A stretch of DNA of 64,000 nucleotides from the NCBI GenBank assembly GCA_963846205.1, contig CAWJVB010000011.1, forward strand, positions 43,217 through 107,216, in the 5' to 3' direction. Position numbers and translations under genes: made by a program. The stretch's first letter is position 1, and each line of letters starts with the position of its first letter. The notes under the pieces are model-generated. The model saw nothing but the letters and a program-made list of their open reading frames with translations. It was not told the DNA's origin and did not search any database. This document shows positions 1 to 9,712 of this stretch, in pieces. The DNA comes from an uncultured Solirubrobacteraceae bacterium. GTDB taxonomy: Bacteria > Actinomycetota > Thermoleophilia > Solirubrobacterales > Solirubrobacteraceae.

Positions 1-205
1 ATTCCGCCGCCGGGTTCTGGGGTGCCTTCCGCGGTGTTGTAGCCGATGGGTGAGCCGGTGAGGTTGACCGAGCCTTCCTGATCATCGTAGATCCCGCCGC
101 CCCGGTTGGAGGCGGTGTTCCGCCTCACGGCTGAGCTGGTGAGTTCGAGAGAACCCCCTCGGTTGACGATCCCGCCGCCATATTCGGCTTTGTTCCGGTA
201 GGACG
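1..205 (-). pseudogene. Fragment of a beta-helix / Pmp-like GGGI-repeat protein, running off the window edge
   Basis: Manual minus-strand translation: YRNKAEYGGGIVNRGGSLELTSSAVRRNTASNRGGGIYDDQEGSVNLTGSPIGYNTAEGTPEPGGG. In-frame stop near 245, so the 5' part is missing. Confidence 0.6.
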
Positions 206-366
206 GGATATATACTGGCGCACTCCTCAAACCGGAAGTCGGTTACAATCGCCTGAAGTTCCTAGGAACAGCGACGGGCATTCTCAAACTCGGGACAAGT
301 GAAATCTATTTCAAAGGTAAGGACTTTCAGGTCGCCACGAACTACAAAATCGTAAAGGCGAAGTAA
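202..366 (+). pseudogene. C-terminal fragment of a secreted beta-rich protein
   Basis: DGIYTGALLKPEVGYNRLKFLGTATGILKLGTSEIYFKGKDFQVATNYKIVKAK-stop; no start codon. Resembles the C-terminus of the 40810-41430 protein by eye. Confidence 0.45.
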
Positions 367-431
367 GTCGCGAGTGATCTAGACGAAGGACTGGCGAGGC
401 GCGCCCTCGGAGATCGAGAGCGTCACCGGGG

Positions 432-800
432 GTGCGCTTCCGCTTTGGACACACGATGTCGCGTGCCGGAGAGCGATCTGCGGCCGCGGCGAAGCGCGCC
501 AAGACCCTGGCTGCGGAGAAGCCGCTCCCGTTCGAGCAGATTGCGGCGCTATATGGCGAAACGGCCAAAAAGTTGAGCGAGATTCGGCCGCCGCAGCGGT
601 TGTTCTCGGCCTACGGTACGTTGCTCGGGCTCCTCGCCGAGGAAGCCTCGCTGCTCAAACGGCTCGTCAGGGAGCTCGATGCGCACAACCTTCCCGGGGT
701 GCGCGCGACGCTGGGAAAGCTCAACAACAACCAACCGAACGAGCAGGCGCAGCGCCTAGGTCTGAAGGAATGCGAGGAACCGATCCACGCTCAAAGCTAG
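432..800 (+). CDS. Hypothetical helical protein, probably a 5'-truncated lipoprotein-like gene
   Basis: Natural-looking amphipathic helical sequence ending AQRLGLKECEEP; start uncertain. Confidence 0.4.
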   Translation: MRFRFGHTMSRAGERSAAAAKRAKTLAAEKPLPFEQIAALYGETAKKLSEIRPPQRLFSAYGTLLGLLAEEASLLKRLVRELDAHNLPGVRATLGKLNNNQPNEQAQRLGLKECEEPIHAQS

Positions 801-1057
801 CCGTTACGGGCGCGCACAGCGAAGCTCGCCAGCGACATCTGTGTTTCTGCCAGAGCTAGCTTGCCTAGGGTCGTCTTCATCGCCTCTAGCTCCGCCAATT
901 CATCGTTGATCGCGAGGTACCGGCTGTAGTCGTCGGGCGCGAGCCATTCTCTGCCCAGGCACTTCACTTCTGCCTGACTCGTAACGAGCGACGCACCCCC
1001 GCCTCCTAAAGGAGGCGACTCTTTCGTCACGGCAAAGCAGCAGTCCGACCCCGGGGC

Positions 1058-1476
1058 TTGACGGGCCGCAGACAGATCGACGATGATCAGTCCGTGCCCC
1101 AGACGCCTACACTTGGAGAGCGGTTCGCACATGCGCTTTCCGAAAAGGACGCGAACAGGATGCTCGACGTGCTGCACCCAGAAATCGACTTTCGCGGGCT
1201 GACTCCTAGCCGCAACTGGAGGCCAACGGCCGAGACGCGGTCGTTGAGTTGTTTCTGGGAGAGTGGTTTGAGGAGTCGGACGAGATCGACGAGCTTGTAC
1301 ATCTCGACGGCGACAGCTTTGCTGACCGGCAGCGGGTGGGGTACCGGTTCCGCGTCACCTGTCCCGACGGTCCCTTCATAGTCGAGCAGCAAGCATACCT
1401 TGCTGAGCGCGACGGACGGATCGGATGGATGCGCGTCGTCTGCTCGGGATACCGTCCGTCGGCGTCCCCTGACTAA
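1058..1476 (+). CDS. SnoaL/NTF2-like protein, one frameshift near 1220
   Basis: ERFAHALSEKDANRMLDVLHPEIDFRGLTP continues after a missing G as EANGRDAVVELFLGEWF...VEQQAYLAERDGRIGWMRVVCSG. Start uncertain (GTG near 1094 possible). Confidence 0.6.
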
Positions 1477-1737
1477 CGCTCCCTCCCGTGCGAATGCGAG
1501 CGTGTTGGCGGCTGCGCTTCAGATTGCTGCTGCGGACGAGGAGCAATAGTGAGACCGGGTATCGGGGAATGCCCTGATACCTCTGCTCGGAAGCCCTGGG
1601 ACGCCGCCTCTCGAGTGGATGCAGCACGGAAACGACCGCGTTGACTCAGTGAGGCGTCTCGGGGAGGGAGTCCCAATCGTTGGTCGTTCGTTGCCTTTAG
1701 CGCTGTGGAAGCACAAAAAAGATGTAGGGTGCCGTCC

Positions 1738-1932
1738 ATGACGATCGATCTGGCGCACCTTACGCGGACCGTAGAGGAATTGGCGTCGCAGTTGGAGAGC
1801 GACTTTCAGGAGCGTGAGGCCGAGGTCGGTGATTTAGTCCTCATCGTCGAGGTCAAGATTGGAGACGATCAACGGCAACTTCGCGTGCGAGCCAGAGAGG
1901 GAATGTCGGCAACGCACGCGTTGGCCTACTGA
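1738..1932 (+). CDS. Small hypothetical protein
   Basis: MTIDLAHLTRTVEELASQLESDF...; TAGGGT lies just upstream of the ATG. Confidence 0.4.
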   Translation: MTIDLAHLTRTVEELASQLESDFQEREAEVGDLVLIVEVKIGDDQRQLRVRAREGMSATHALAY

Positions 1933-2191
1933 GTGAAGCTGAGAACGTCGGCACGCTTGGCCAAGTACGGCGCTGGATGGAAGCTCAGCGTTCGTTGAGG
2001 CGAAGCGAGGCGGCCGAGAACGAGTAAGCCGACCGACCGACCGGCCCGGCCTAGCCAAAAGGATCCGGCAGACAGGCCGCTGGCGCGCTTAGAAGCGACG
2101 CACTACGTCGTCGGTCGTGCCCAGCGTAGGCGCGGGGGCCCGTGGTCGGTGTTACGCGTTTTGGTCGGGCATGGCGTGGGGGCAAATATAA

Positions 2192-2216
2192 GAGAGCCCC
2201 GCGATGCCGGGCTCTC
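2192..2216 (-). terminator. Probable intrinsic terminator of the ricin-domain gene
   Basis: GAGAGCCC...GGGCTCTC stem followed on the minus strand by TTATATTT. Confidence 0.6.
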
Positions 2217-2240
2217 AATCGATACTCGACCGGCTACTCG

Positions 2241-2903
2241 CTAGTCCAGCGAAGTCGGCGGCCGAGCAGGCCCCGCTTTCACGACCGGCGGTGTCTGGGG
2301 TGGTGTTTCTGCCGGCGCCGTTACGACCGGCGCCGTTACGACCGGCAGCTTCGTGACCGGCGGTGCGAGCCGTGCGGTGGAGAGGCTCCAGTACGTCGAA
2401 GTGTCGCCGTTGCACGACGCCAGCTGCATTTCATCGCCGTTCACCAGTCCAGGTGTAGAGATGCAACGCCCCCCATTGCCAGAGGAGACTCGCGAGAACA
2501 ATTCCGCGCGGCCCTGGGTGCCACCTAGAACCCAGTTCTCGTTGCTGATCCAGTTGCACGGCCACTGCTCGATGGGGGTTCCGTTGGTGGCGTTACCACG
2601 GGCATCAAGGCACAGCCCGCTGGACCTGTTGACGTAGTGTTCTCCGCCTCTGTCGGTGCCGCCTGACCCTTCTGAGGGCCCCTGCGCCCATTGCTGAGAG
2701 AGGCTGCCGTTGCAGGTCTCCTGAACGATTACGGCCCCCTGTGACCCGTTCACCGGCTGGAGACACTTGCCGCTGTAGCTGCTCTGGAACTCGACGATGG
2801 TGTTTTCGGCTTGGCTCATGGTCGGCACCGCCAGACCGGAGCCGGTTGCGAAGCCGCCTGTTGCGATGAGACTGATGACGATTGTTTTGATCTTTGTGTT
2901 CAT
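2241..2903 (-). CDS. Secreted ricin-B (beta-trefoil) lectin domain protein with Pro/Thr tail
   Basis: Signal peptide, SGKCL/SGLCLD and QQW/ENW motifs, PVVTA repeats; [11 protein letters not shown]. Confidence 0.85.
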   Translation of the reverse strand: MNTKIKTIVISLIATGGFATGSGLAVPTMSQAENTIVEFQSSYSGKCLQPVNGSQGAVIVQETCNGSLSQQWAQGPSEGSGGTDRGGEHYVNRSSGLCLDARGNATNGTPIEQWPCNWISNENWVLGGTQGRAELFSRVSSGNGGRCISTPGLVNGDEMQLASCNGDTSTYWSLSTARLAPPVTKLPVVTAPVVTAPAETPPQTPPVVKAGPARPPTSLD

Positions 2904-3076
2904 TTTGTGTGCCTCCTTTGAGGGACGGGTTGGTTTGTAAGGCCACTCTCACTTCTGGGAGGCAGGCTGGTAAGGGGCTCTAGGGATAGGAAGACTTACC
3001 CTGGGTGTGTGTACCGTCACACAGCGGCCAGCGCAGGCCCTAAGTGGCCGGTGTCGCGTGCTTAGAATCCCCAGCA

Positions 3077-3424
3077 GTGCGCCGAATCCTCGCCCTGCTG
3101 CTCGCCGTCGCCGGTCTGGGTCCTGCTCCGGGCGCCAGCGCCTTGACGATCGTGCGCCCGGCGCACCAGATCTGGGAGTACACGATCGTTCCGCGCCGGC
3201 AGTACCGGCGGTGCCGAAATCGGTTCGATGCGCGGCGGCTGCTCGGGCTATCGATGCCGGCGGCGGGCCAGCTGGCCGCGGGCCACGGCTACGTAATGCG
3301 CCGAGCGTCGCCGCTAGCGCCCCACGAATCGCTCACGATGGATTGGGTATCGAATCGGCTTGAGGTTGAAACGACGGCGCCGACGACCAACAGCACGGTA
3401 ATCAGGATCATCAGCCACGGCTAA
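3077..3424 (+). CDS. Small secreted protein, possibly peptidase-inhibitor (I78/potato-I)-like
   Basis: Signal peptide; LTMDWVSNRLEV resembles the TMDY..RLNV inhibitor loop; TAGAAT 8 nt before the GTG. Confidence 0.5.
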   Translation: MRRILALLLAVAGLGPAPGASALTIVRPAHQIWEYTIVPRRQYRRCRNRFDARRLLGLSMPAAGQLAAGHGYVMRRASPLAPHESLTMDWVSNRLEVETTAPTTNSTVIRIISHG

Positions 3425-3500
3425 TGCGTCAGGCCGCCCCAGTGATCCTCGTGCTGCTTGTGCTGGCCGGATGCGGCAGCGCAAGCCGTTGCCACCCGGC
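3424..3500 (+). pseudogene. N-terminal lipoprotein fragment
   Basis: TAATG coupling to the previous gene; MRQAAPVILVLLVLAGC lipobox, then the sequence degenerates. Confidence 0.4.
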
Positions 3501-3610
3501 TGGACGTCGCGGTCCGCTACGGCGTGGTCGTCAGGCTTCTCGGCCGCGGTTAGCCGTACCGAGCGCACGACCTCGCAGGCGTTTGAGCGCCTGCGGGATA
3601 ATCGCCGAAA

Positions 3611-3741
3611 ATGGCTGAGGAGTCCACGACCCCGGACCTGCTGGCGAACCTGCGCGTCATCTTCAAGGCCTCGACGCCTAGGGACTGGGCCATCTGGGTT
3701 ACTGCGCGAACGCGCTTGCGGCCCACGGCCTGGAGGAGTAG
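3611..3741 (+). pseudogene. Internally deleted NTF2/SnoaL-like gene
   Basis: MAEESTTPDL N-terminus joined to a C-terminal ALAAHGLEE-stop in another frame. Confidence 0.5.
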
Positions 3742-3744
3742 GCG

Positions 3745-4164
3745 ATGTCTCAGGAAGAACGTCCGGATCGTGCGCGACGTCATGGCGCTCCGCGAGCGGG
3801 TGCGCAAAAGCGGTGAGCTCCCATTGCATTCGGACCTGATTGCGCCCGACTTCGAAATAGACATGTCGCGTCGAGTCTTTAACCCAGCAGTCTACCGAGG
3901 GCTTTCGATGGGCTCCCCAGCCACTGAACGGCGAGATTCGCGATGTATGGGAGGAGTTTCGCGTTGTGCCCGAGCAGTTCATCGATGCTGGCGACCGAGT
4001 CGTGGTGATCGAGACTGATCCACGCTCGCGGCCGTGGTAGCGGCGTGGAGTGAGATCCGCCACTCTGGGCGACGATCTGGACCCTGCGCGACGGTCAGGT
4101 GACCCGCGTGCAGATCGGGTTCAATCCGCAGGAGGCGCTGCAAGCCGTGGGGCTGGTGGAGTAG
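3745..4164 (+). pseudogene. NTF2/SnoaL-like (MSQENV-type) gene with several frameshifts
   Basis: MSQE(N)VRIVR...APDFEIDMSRRVFNPAVYRG...VWEEFRVVPEQFIDAGDRVVV...TIWTLRDGQVTRVQIGFNPQEALQAVGLVE-stop. Confidence 0.7.
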
Positions 4165-4348
4165 ACCCTCCTGCGGGTAGGGAATCGATCACTTGCGACT
4201 TTCAGACCTGGCGCGGTGGAGGTGCCTCACGCCGTCTCTCGTTTCCCGACTCCGGACGAGCCCGCCACATCGGAAGTCTTTTGAGTAACCGGACCGTCCT
4301 GCGCTTGCCAACCACGAAGTGAGATGACGGGAGCGATGTACTAGAGCT

Positions 4349-4549
4349 ATGAACGGATACCGACGGATTGCGGTCGCGGAGCTTCTGGTGATGGCCGTGT
4401 GGACACCTGGACGAAAGGCGTTTGTAGTTGGCTTGACCATCGGTACCGCGATCGCGATTGTGAACCTGTCGCTGCCTTTGTCGATCGCAGTTGCTTTAGG
4501 CGCCGGGATCATCGGCGGCGTGATCTTGAGATTTGCTTGGCCGGACTAG
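4349..4549 (+). CDS. Small membrane protein
   Basis: 66 aa, strongly hydrophobic with 2 predicted helices. Confidence 0.4.
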   Translation: MNGYRRIAVAELLVMAVWTPGRKAFVVGLTIGTAIAIVNLSLPLSIAVALGAGIIGGVILRFAWPD

Positions 4550-4694
4550 TTGGTGGACTGCGCTTGTCCCTCAATGCGCTCGGCGTGTCCGGCTCTGAGG
4601 CTAGAAGGAGAGGCGTCACTCCTGGGTTGACGAGTGCCTCCCCCTGGACTCGGAGCCAGCCGCTTCGCCAGCCGACGACGACGGACTTCGGACG

Positions 4695-5201
4695 TCACCT
4701 CACAGGGCGAGATCGAGCAGTCGCTCGGCCTGCTCGGAGCCGCTGATCGGGGAGGCCTGCGGGGTCGAGCAGACCCAGCTGTACGAGCACCGACGCTTGG
4801 TCCCAGTAGATGTGCTCGTAGGCCACCTTGCCGTCCGAGAAACCCATCACCACGACCGTGGGGTTATGCACGCGGCGCCGGTGAGCAGCGACGCCGGGCA
4901 GCATGAACGGGATCTCTCTTTTACGCCGTGAACTCCAGGACGAACTCATCGACTACGCGGTCCGCAGAGACCGTCTGGCAACCGCAGTCCAGCACTGCAT
5001 CGGCGGGGGTCTCGAGCGATGAACTGCGTCGAGTAGAAACGTCGTACCGCCTCGCCGCCTGTCGCTCGCAAGCGAATGTTGGCACGTGCCAGACGAGGGC
5101 TCCGCCACCATCGTATGCATCGTCGCATCGATATCCTTCAGCTCGAACTCCGCGCCGACGTGCGCGTCGAACACGGCTCCGAGATCAGCTCCGGCAATCA
5201 T
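4695..5201 (-). pseudogene. SnoaL-like ester cyclase family gene, multiply frameshifted
   Basis: FDAHVGAEFELKDIDATMHTMV...GGEAVRRFY...EIPFMLPGVA...PTVVVMGFSDGKVAYEHIYWDQASVLVQLGLLDP split over several frames. Confidence 0.7.
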
Positions 5202-5379
5202 TTAGGGCCTCCATTTGGTCGAGAATCGGTCGCGACCATCTCAGGCGACAGTAGCTACGCGGGGGCCCCCGCGGGCCCGAAGCGCAACGGCCAGGCCATG
5301 TCGGCCGCACGGCGTACGCTTGCGTGTCGCGCCCAGGCGGTAAGAGGCGCCGTGAACGAGGTTGTAAACGGTCATTCTC

Positions 5380-5742
5380 GTGAACGTCCGTTATGTGCCC
5401 ACGTGCACCGTGGGTACGACCGAAACCAAACCGCTGAAGGCGACGCTGGAAGGTCCGGCCGGAGCTACCAAACTCAAATTCGAACCGCAGTCGGGGAACG
5501 AAATCGCGACCTACGTAGTGACGGGCTGCGCAGTATTCGGCTCCTATCAGGCAAACGGCGACATGATCTGTGACTACAGCGGAGTGGCCGTCGAATCGTC
5601 TGAACATCCGCTCGAATTCACGGCCGCTTCGAAATCCAAAGTCAAGTTCCAGTTCAACGGCAAACCGATGGAAACAGCGGCGCCGTTCACCGGTACCGAC
5701 AAGGTGCACCTGGCGTCCGGCAAGCTGTGGTCGGCCTACTAG
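5380..5742 (+). CDS. Beta-rich secreted-type protein, probably 5'-truncated
   Basis: Coding-like composition, Cys residues, ends SGKLWSAY; no signal peptide visible. Confidence 0.5.
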   Translation: MNVRYVPTCTVGTTETKPLKATLEGPAGATKLKFEPQSGNEIATYVVTGCAVFGSYQANGDMICDYSGVAVESSEHPLEFTAASKSKVKFQFNGKPMETAAPFTGTDKVHLASGKLWSAY

Positions 5743-5762
5743 GGACTATCTAGCCGACGAGA

Positions 5763-5795
5763 CATGCGTGGGGCCGTGTGCCGGCCCCACGCATG
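5763..5795. terminator. 14-bp hairpin, probable terminator
   Basis: CATGCGTGGGGCCG-tgtgc-CGGCCCCACGCATG, 20 nt after the stop codon. Confidence 0.65.
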
Positions 5796-5921
5796 ACGGT
5801 GCTACACAGGAGAGCGAGACGAGACGGGCCAGCCGCCATCAGGGGCACGGTTCGCGCGCGCCGAGCGGTATCGGCCAGCCTCGGTGATCGGCGAGTTGCC
5901 GGCAGGTAGTCTTTGCCCCAC

Positions 5922-6113
5922 ATGGACGAGCCGGAGCCCTGGCAGACAGACGCGCCCGCGCCGTTCCTGACGATCGGCGAGGTGTCGGTATGGGCGCTCG
6001 GGAGCCAGCGCTTCCGAGTACAGGCGCCCGATGGCGAGCAGGAGGTCGAGGGCTTTGAGCGCGCGCGCACGCTCGCTCATCGAGTGGCGCTCGGCCTCGA
6101 CCGCCCGAGCTAG
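5922..6113 (+). CDS. Small hypothetical protein
   Basis: MDEPEPWQTDAPAPFLTIGEVSVWALG...; high GC3; TAGTCT just upstream. Confidence 0.55.
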   Translation: MDEPEPWQTDAPAPFLTIGEVSVWALGSQRFRVQAPDGEQEVEGFERARTLAHRVALGLDRPS

Positions 6114-6314
6114 TCGCGCGCTTGCCGGCTCTTGGGCGAGATCGGTCGGCGCTCGCGATTGGCTGGTTTCCATCTGAGGACGAGCACGACTACCTCCGTC
6201 GGCGGCTGCGCGAGTTGGTCGCGGGCGGTAGGCTGCGCATCATCGACGCGGCGCGTCGCGGGTTGCATTCCGTCGGCCCGTTTTGTCCATTGCCATCGCG
6301 AAAGTTGGGAAGTC

Positions 6315-6719
6315 ATGGATATCGATCATCTGAAGACCATTCCGCTGTTCTCTTCGCTGTCCGATAAGGCTCTCAAGACGGTGGCCGTGTTCGCCAGCGA
6401 GACGTCGGTGTCCTCCGGCAAGCGGCTCGTGCACGAGGGCGACTACTCCTACGACCTGATCGTCATCGAGAGCGGCACGGCCGACGTGATCAAAGGCGGC
6501 GAGGTGATTGCGTCGCTGGGCCCGGGCGACGTCTTTGGCGAGATGGGGATGCTCGCCGGCGGCAAGCGCATGGCCGACGTCGTCGCGACCTCCTCGATGC
6601 GGCTGATCACTCTCGGCAAGTCGGACCTCAAGCGCATCTCCGCCGAGGTCGGCGACCAGCTGGAATCGCTCGTAGAGCAGCGCCAGAAGCTCGACGAGGA
6701 GCGCGCTCAGCCTTCGTAG
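6315..6719 (+). CDS. Stand-alone cyclic nucleotide-binding domain protein
   Basis: IPLFS, EGD, GPGDVFGEMG and R-x-A-D-V motifs of the cNMP-binding fold. Confidence 0.9.
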   Translation: MDIDHLKTIPLFSSLSDKALKTVAVFASETSVSSGKRLVHEGDYSYDLIVIESGTADVIKGGEVIASLGPGDVFGEMGMLAGGKRMADVVATSSMRLITLGKSDLKRISAEVGDQLESLVEQRQKLDEERAQPS

Positions 6720-6946
6720 CCACTCGCTAGGGGGCTGCGCCGCGGTTGATGTCCGGCACGTGCGCAGGCGCTCGTGGGAGGCGGGGCTCATGCGAGCAGG
6801 GTTGACGCGAGGGCCATCCACAGCGGCTGCGCTGATCGCGGCCGTCTGGACCCGCTAGGGTGAAGGAGTCGTCGTTCGTACTGGTCTGCCGGCTCTCTCC
6901 TACGCACGACGCCTGCGTCTTTGAGACCGGCAGAGAGGGGCTGGCG

Positions 6947-7343
6947 ATGTCCAGCACCACCGAAGAGTTCCCGCGCGAGCACGTGACGGCGCAGATCTCC
7001 GACGCGATCGTGAAGCTGATGGCCGTCCACACGGGCCATGGCGCAAGGAGCGCGCGGACCACGCTCGGCGACAATGTGATCGTCTGCGTGCTGGAGGACG
7101 CGCTCACGAAGGGGGAGCGGAGCCTGCTCGAGCACGGTGAGCGCGAGACCGTGCTCAGCACCCGCAGGGCGTTTCAGGAGACGATGGCGAACGACGCCGT
7201 GCGCATCGTGGAGGAGATCAGCGGACGCACTGTCAAGGCGTTCATGAGCGCCAACCACGTCGACCCCGATCTCGCCGCGGAGGTGTTCGTGCTCGAGCCC
7301 GTCTCCGAGAACTCCCACGAGCGTCTCGCTAGCGGTTCGCTAA
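6947..7343 (+). CDS. DUF2294 (MpsC-like) family protein; 3' end approximate
   Basis: QISDAIVKL...G+G...LEDALTKGERSL...RRAFQ...VEEISGRTVKAFMSANHVDPDLAAEVFVL; AGAGGGG RBS. Confidence 0.8.
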
Positions 7344-7455
7344 ACCACGGTCACCGGAACACCCGAGGCGACGCCGCGGCGACTGAGCGCCGCGGCAAGA
7401 CCTCAACGACGTACGTCGGGCGCCTGCGCGAGCGGGTCAGGTGCCAGAAACGGCG

Positions 7456-8562
7456 TCAGGCGCCGTACGCCTTGCGCGCGCGCGCGAAGGACACCAGTCG
7501 CTTGTTGTCCTCGTCCCACAGCTTCAACGTGACCGCGCGGATGCCGTCCCACAGGGACAGCGTCGGCACCGCGTGGAACATCGGGTTCTCGTCGTGGGCC
7601 CGCTGCAGGTTGTAGTTGGGGATGCGCGCGCTCAGGTGGTGCACGTGGTGATAGCCGATGTTGCCAGTGCAGAACTGCAGCACTCGCGGCAGCTTCAGGA
7701 ACGAGCTGCCCCTCAGCGCGGCATCGGCGTAGCTCCACTCGGTTCCGCTCTCCCAGTAGGCGTCCTCGAACTGATGCTGGACGTAGAACAGCCAGATCCC
7801 CGCCGCGCCGGCAAGCAGCGCGGGCAGTCCGCACACGACCAGATAGTCGCGCCAGCCGATCGCCCAGCACACGCCGCCGATCAGCACCGCCAGCGCCACA
7901 TCCGTCCTCAGCACGCTGCGGCGCATGCGCGGGCGCGCTCCTCGCGCGACGATCCGTGGCCCGATCATCATCGCCACGATCGGCCCGAGCAGGAACATGA
8001 TCAGCGGGTTGCGCAGCAGCCGGTAGCCGATCCGGCCCTTCCGGGGAAGCGCCTGGTATTCGGCGATCGTCAGCGTACGCACGTCGCCGACGCCGCGCCG
8101 CTCGAGGTCGCCCGAGGTCGCGTGATGGACCGCGTGGTCGTGCTTCCAGCGCACAAACGGCGCGTACAGGAAGAGGCCCAGGACCGTTCCGAGCCACGCG
8201 TTCGCGCGCCTCGATTTCAGGAACGAGCCGTGCGAGCAGTCGTGGAAGACGATGAACGTGCGCACCAGAAACGCGGCAGTAGGGACCGCCAGGGCGAGCA
8301 CGAGCAGGAACGAGACTCTCAGCGCCAGGTACATCGCGAACGACAGCGCCAGGTACGGAACGACCGAGGTCGCAATGCCCAACGCCGCGCGCCCGTCGTG
8401 CGCAACCTCGTAGCGGGCGAGGATCTCTCTGGAGGCAGCTTCGGCTCTCGAATCACCCTCGGGGTCGTGTAGGGCCGTCTGCAGGCGCCCACTGTCTGGC
8501 TGCGCGTGGCCGGCAGCGCTGGCCCCGGCTGGCGAATCGTGTTGCATCGTCGTGGGGACCAT
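7456..8562 (-). CDS. Membrane fatty acid desaturase (Des-like)
   Basis: His boxes HDCSH, HAVHH and HHVHH; TM segments; AAGGGGG RBS. Confidence 0.92.
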   Translation of the reverse strand: MVPTTMQHDSPAGASAAGHAQPDSGRLQTALHDPEGDSRAEAASREILARYEVAHDGRAALGIATSVVPYLALSFAMYLALRVSFLLVLALAVPTAAFLVRTFIVFHDCSHGSFLKSRRANAWLGTVLGLFLYAPFVRWKHDHAVHHATSGDLERRGVGDVRTLTIAEYQALPRKGRIGYRLLRNPLIMFLLGPIVAMMIGPRIVARGARPRMRRSVLRTDVALAVLIGGVCWAIGWRDYLVVCGLPALLAGAAGIWLFYVQHQFEDAYWESGTEWSYADAALRGSSFLKLPRVLQFCTGNIGYHHVHHLSARIPNYNLQRAHDENPMFHAVPTLSLWDGIRAVTLKLWDEDNKRLVSFARARKAYGA

Positions 8563-8848
8563 CGATCCCCCTTTCTTGGAGCGCACCACAGCCGGTCCGA
8601 CCGGGCATCCCCAAAGTGGGTGACGACGACAATACAGCTTGCATCCACGGACGGATGCAGCTCGAATCTGGGGCTGAATCGATCTTGCGCTTGTAGAACG
8701 GGCAAGCGTTGCCCCGCGGGCGCAGGCCCTGTGCGCCTCGTATGCCGCTTCGACCGCGACCCGAGGGTAAGCGAGCAATGGACAAAGAGATCGGTCTCGC
8801 GAGCATTGCGGGGGTCGCTCGGCGGCCCGTCGCCTCTACGCTGCGCGC

Positions 8849-9595
8849 ATGGCCCTGCATCCGCTCGCCAGCCGCTTCGGACAGATCGCCGAGTCATACG
8901 AGCGCGGACGCCCCGACTACGCGCCGGCCGTGGTTGGCGCGATCGCCGCCGAGCTGCGCATCCCGCCCGGTGCACCCGTGCTCGACCTCGCGGCCGGCAC
9001 CGGCAAGCTCGCCAGGGCGCTACTCGACGCCGGTTTCGACGTGAGCGCCGTCGAGCCGCAGGCCGAGCTGCGCGAGATCCTCGCCTCGACGATCGGAGCC
9101 GAGCGCGCTCGCGCGGGCCTCGCCGAGGCGATCCCGCTGCCCGATGAATCGGTCGCCGCCGTGACGGTCGCCGATGCGATCCACTGGTTCGACCATGCGA
9201 GCGCCCTGGCGGAGATCCGCCGCGTGCTGCTACCCGGCGGTGGGCTCGCTGTTCTCACCACCGCCCCCGACTGGAGCGGCGCGTCGTGGGCGCACGAGGT
9301 CGGAACGCTGACCGCTGGACTGCGCCCCGAGCATCCGCAGTTCGACGGGCCCCCCTGGCAGCAGGCCGCGCGCGATGCCGGGTGGAGCGAGCCGCGCGAG
9401 ATTCGCATGACCATGCCGCAAGCGGCGGACCCAGAGCGGTTTCCCCACTACCTGGCGTCGATCAGCTGGATCGCGGCCCTTCCGGCAGAGCGACGCGCCG
9501 AGCTGCTCGCCCAGGTGGCGGCGATCGTCGAGGCCGGCGAGACGCCTGCCACGATGCACGTGCACGTGGCGATCGGCCTGACCAGCCCGGCCTGA
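8849..9595 (+). CDS. Class I SAM-dependent methyltransferase
   Basis: YERGRPDY, VLDLAAGTGK, AEAIPL, HWF, RVLLPGG motifs. Confidence 0.9.
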   Translation: MALHPLASRFGQIAESYERGRPDYAPAVVGAIAAELRIPPGAPVLDLAAGTGKLARALLDAGFDVSAVEPQAELREILASTIGAERARAGLAEAIPLPDESVAAVTVADAIHWFDHASALAEIRRVLLPGGGLAVLTTAPDWSGASWAHEVGTLTAGLRPEHPQFDGPPWQQAARDAGWSEPREIRMTMPQAADPERFPHYLASISWIAALPAERRAELLAQVAAIVEAGETPATMHVHVAIGLTSPA

Positions 9596-9712
9596 GCGCC
9601 GCGGCAGCACGACGAGCGCGCTCGGCAGACTGCCCGAACCGACGGCGCGCTCAGACCGCCAGCCGAGCCCGGCGGCGGCAGCGCCGCAGGCGCACTAGAG
9701 CAGGCGGCGCGC

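Noticed and set aside
2303-2362. 15-nt tandem repeat
   Set aside because: Encodes the PVVTA linker of the ricin-domain protein.
6860-7615. DUF2294 ORF extension overlapping the desaturase
   Set aside because: The tail is non-conserved-looking and overlaps a convergent gene; probably a lost stop codon.
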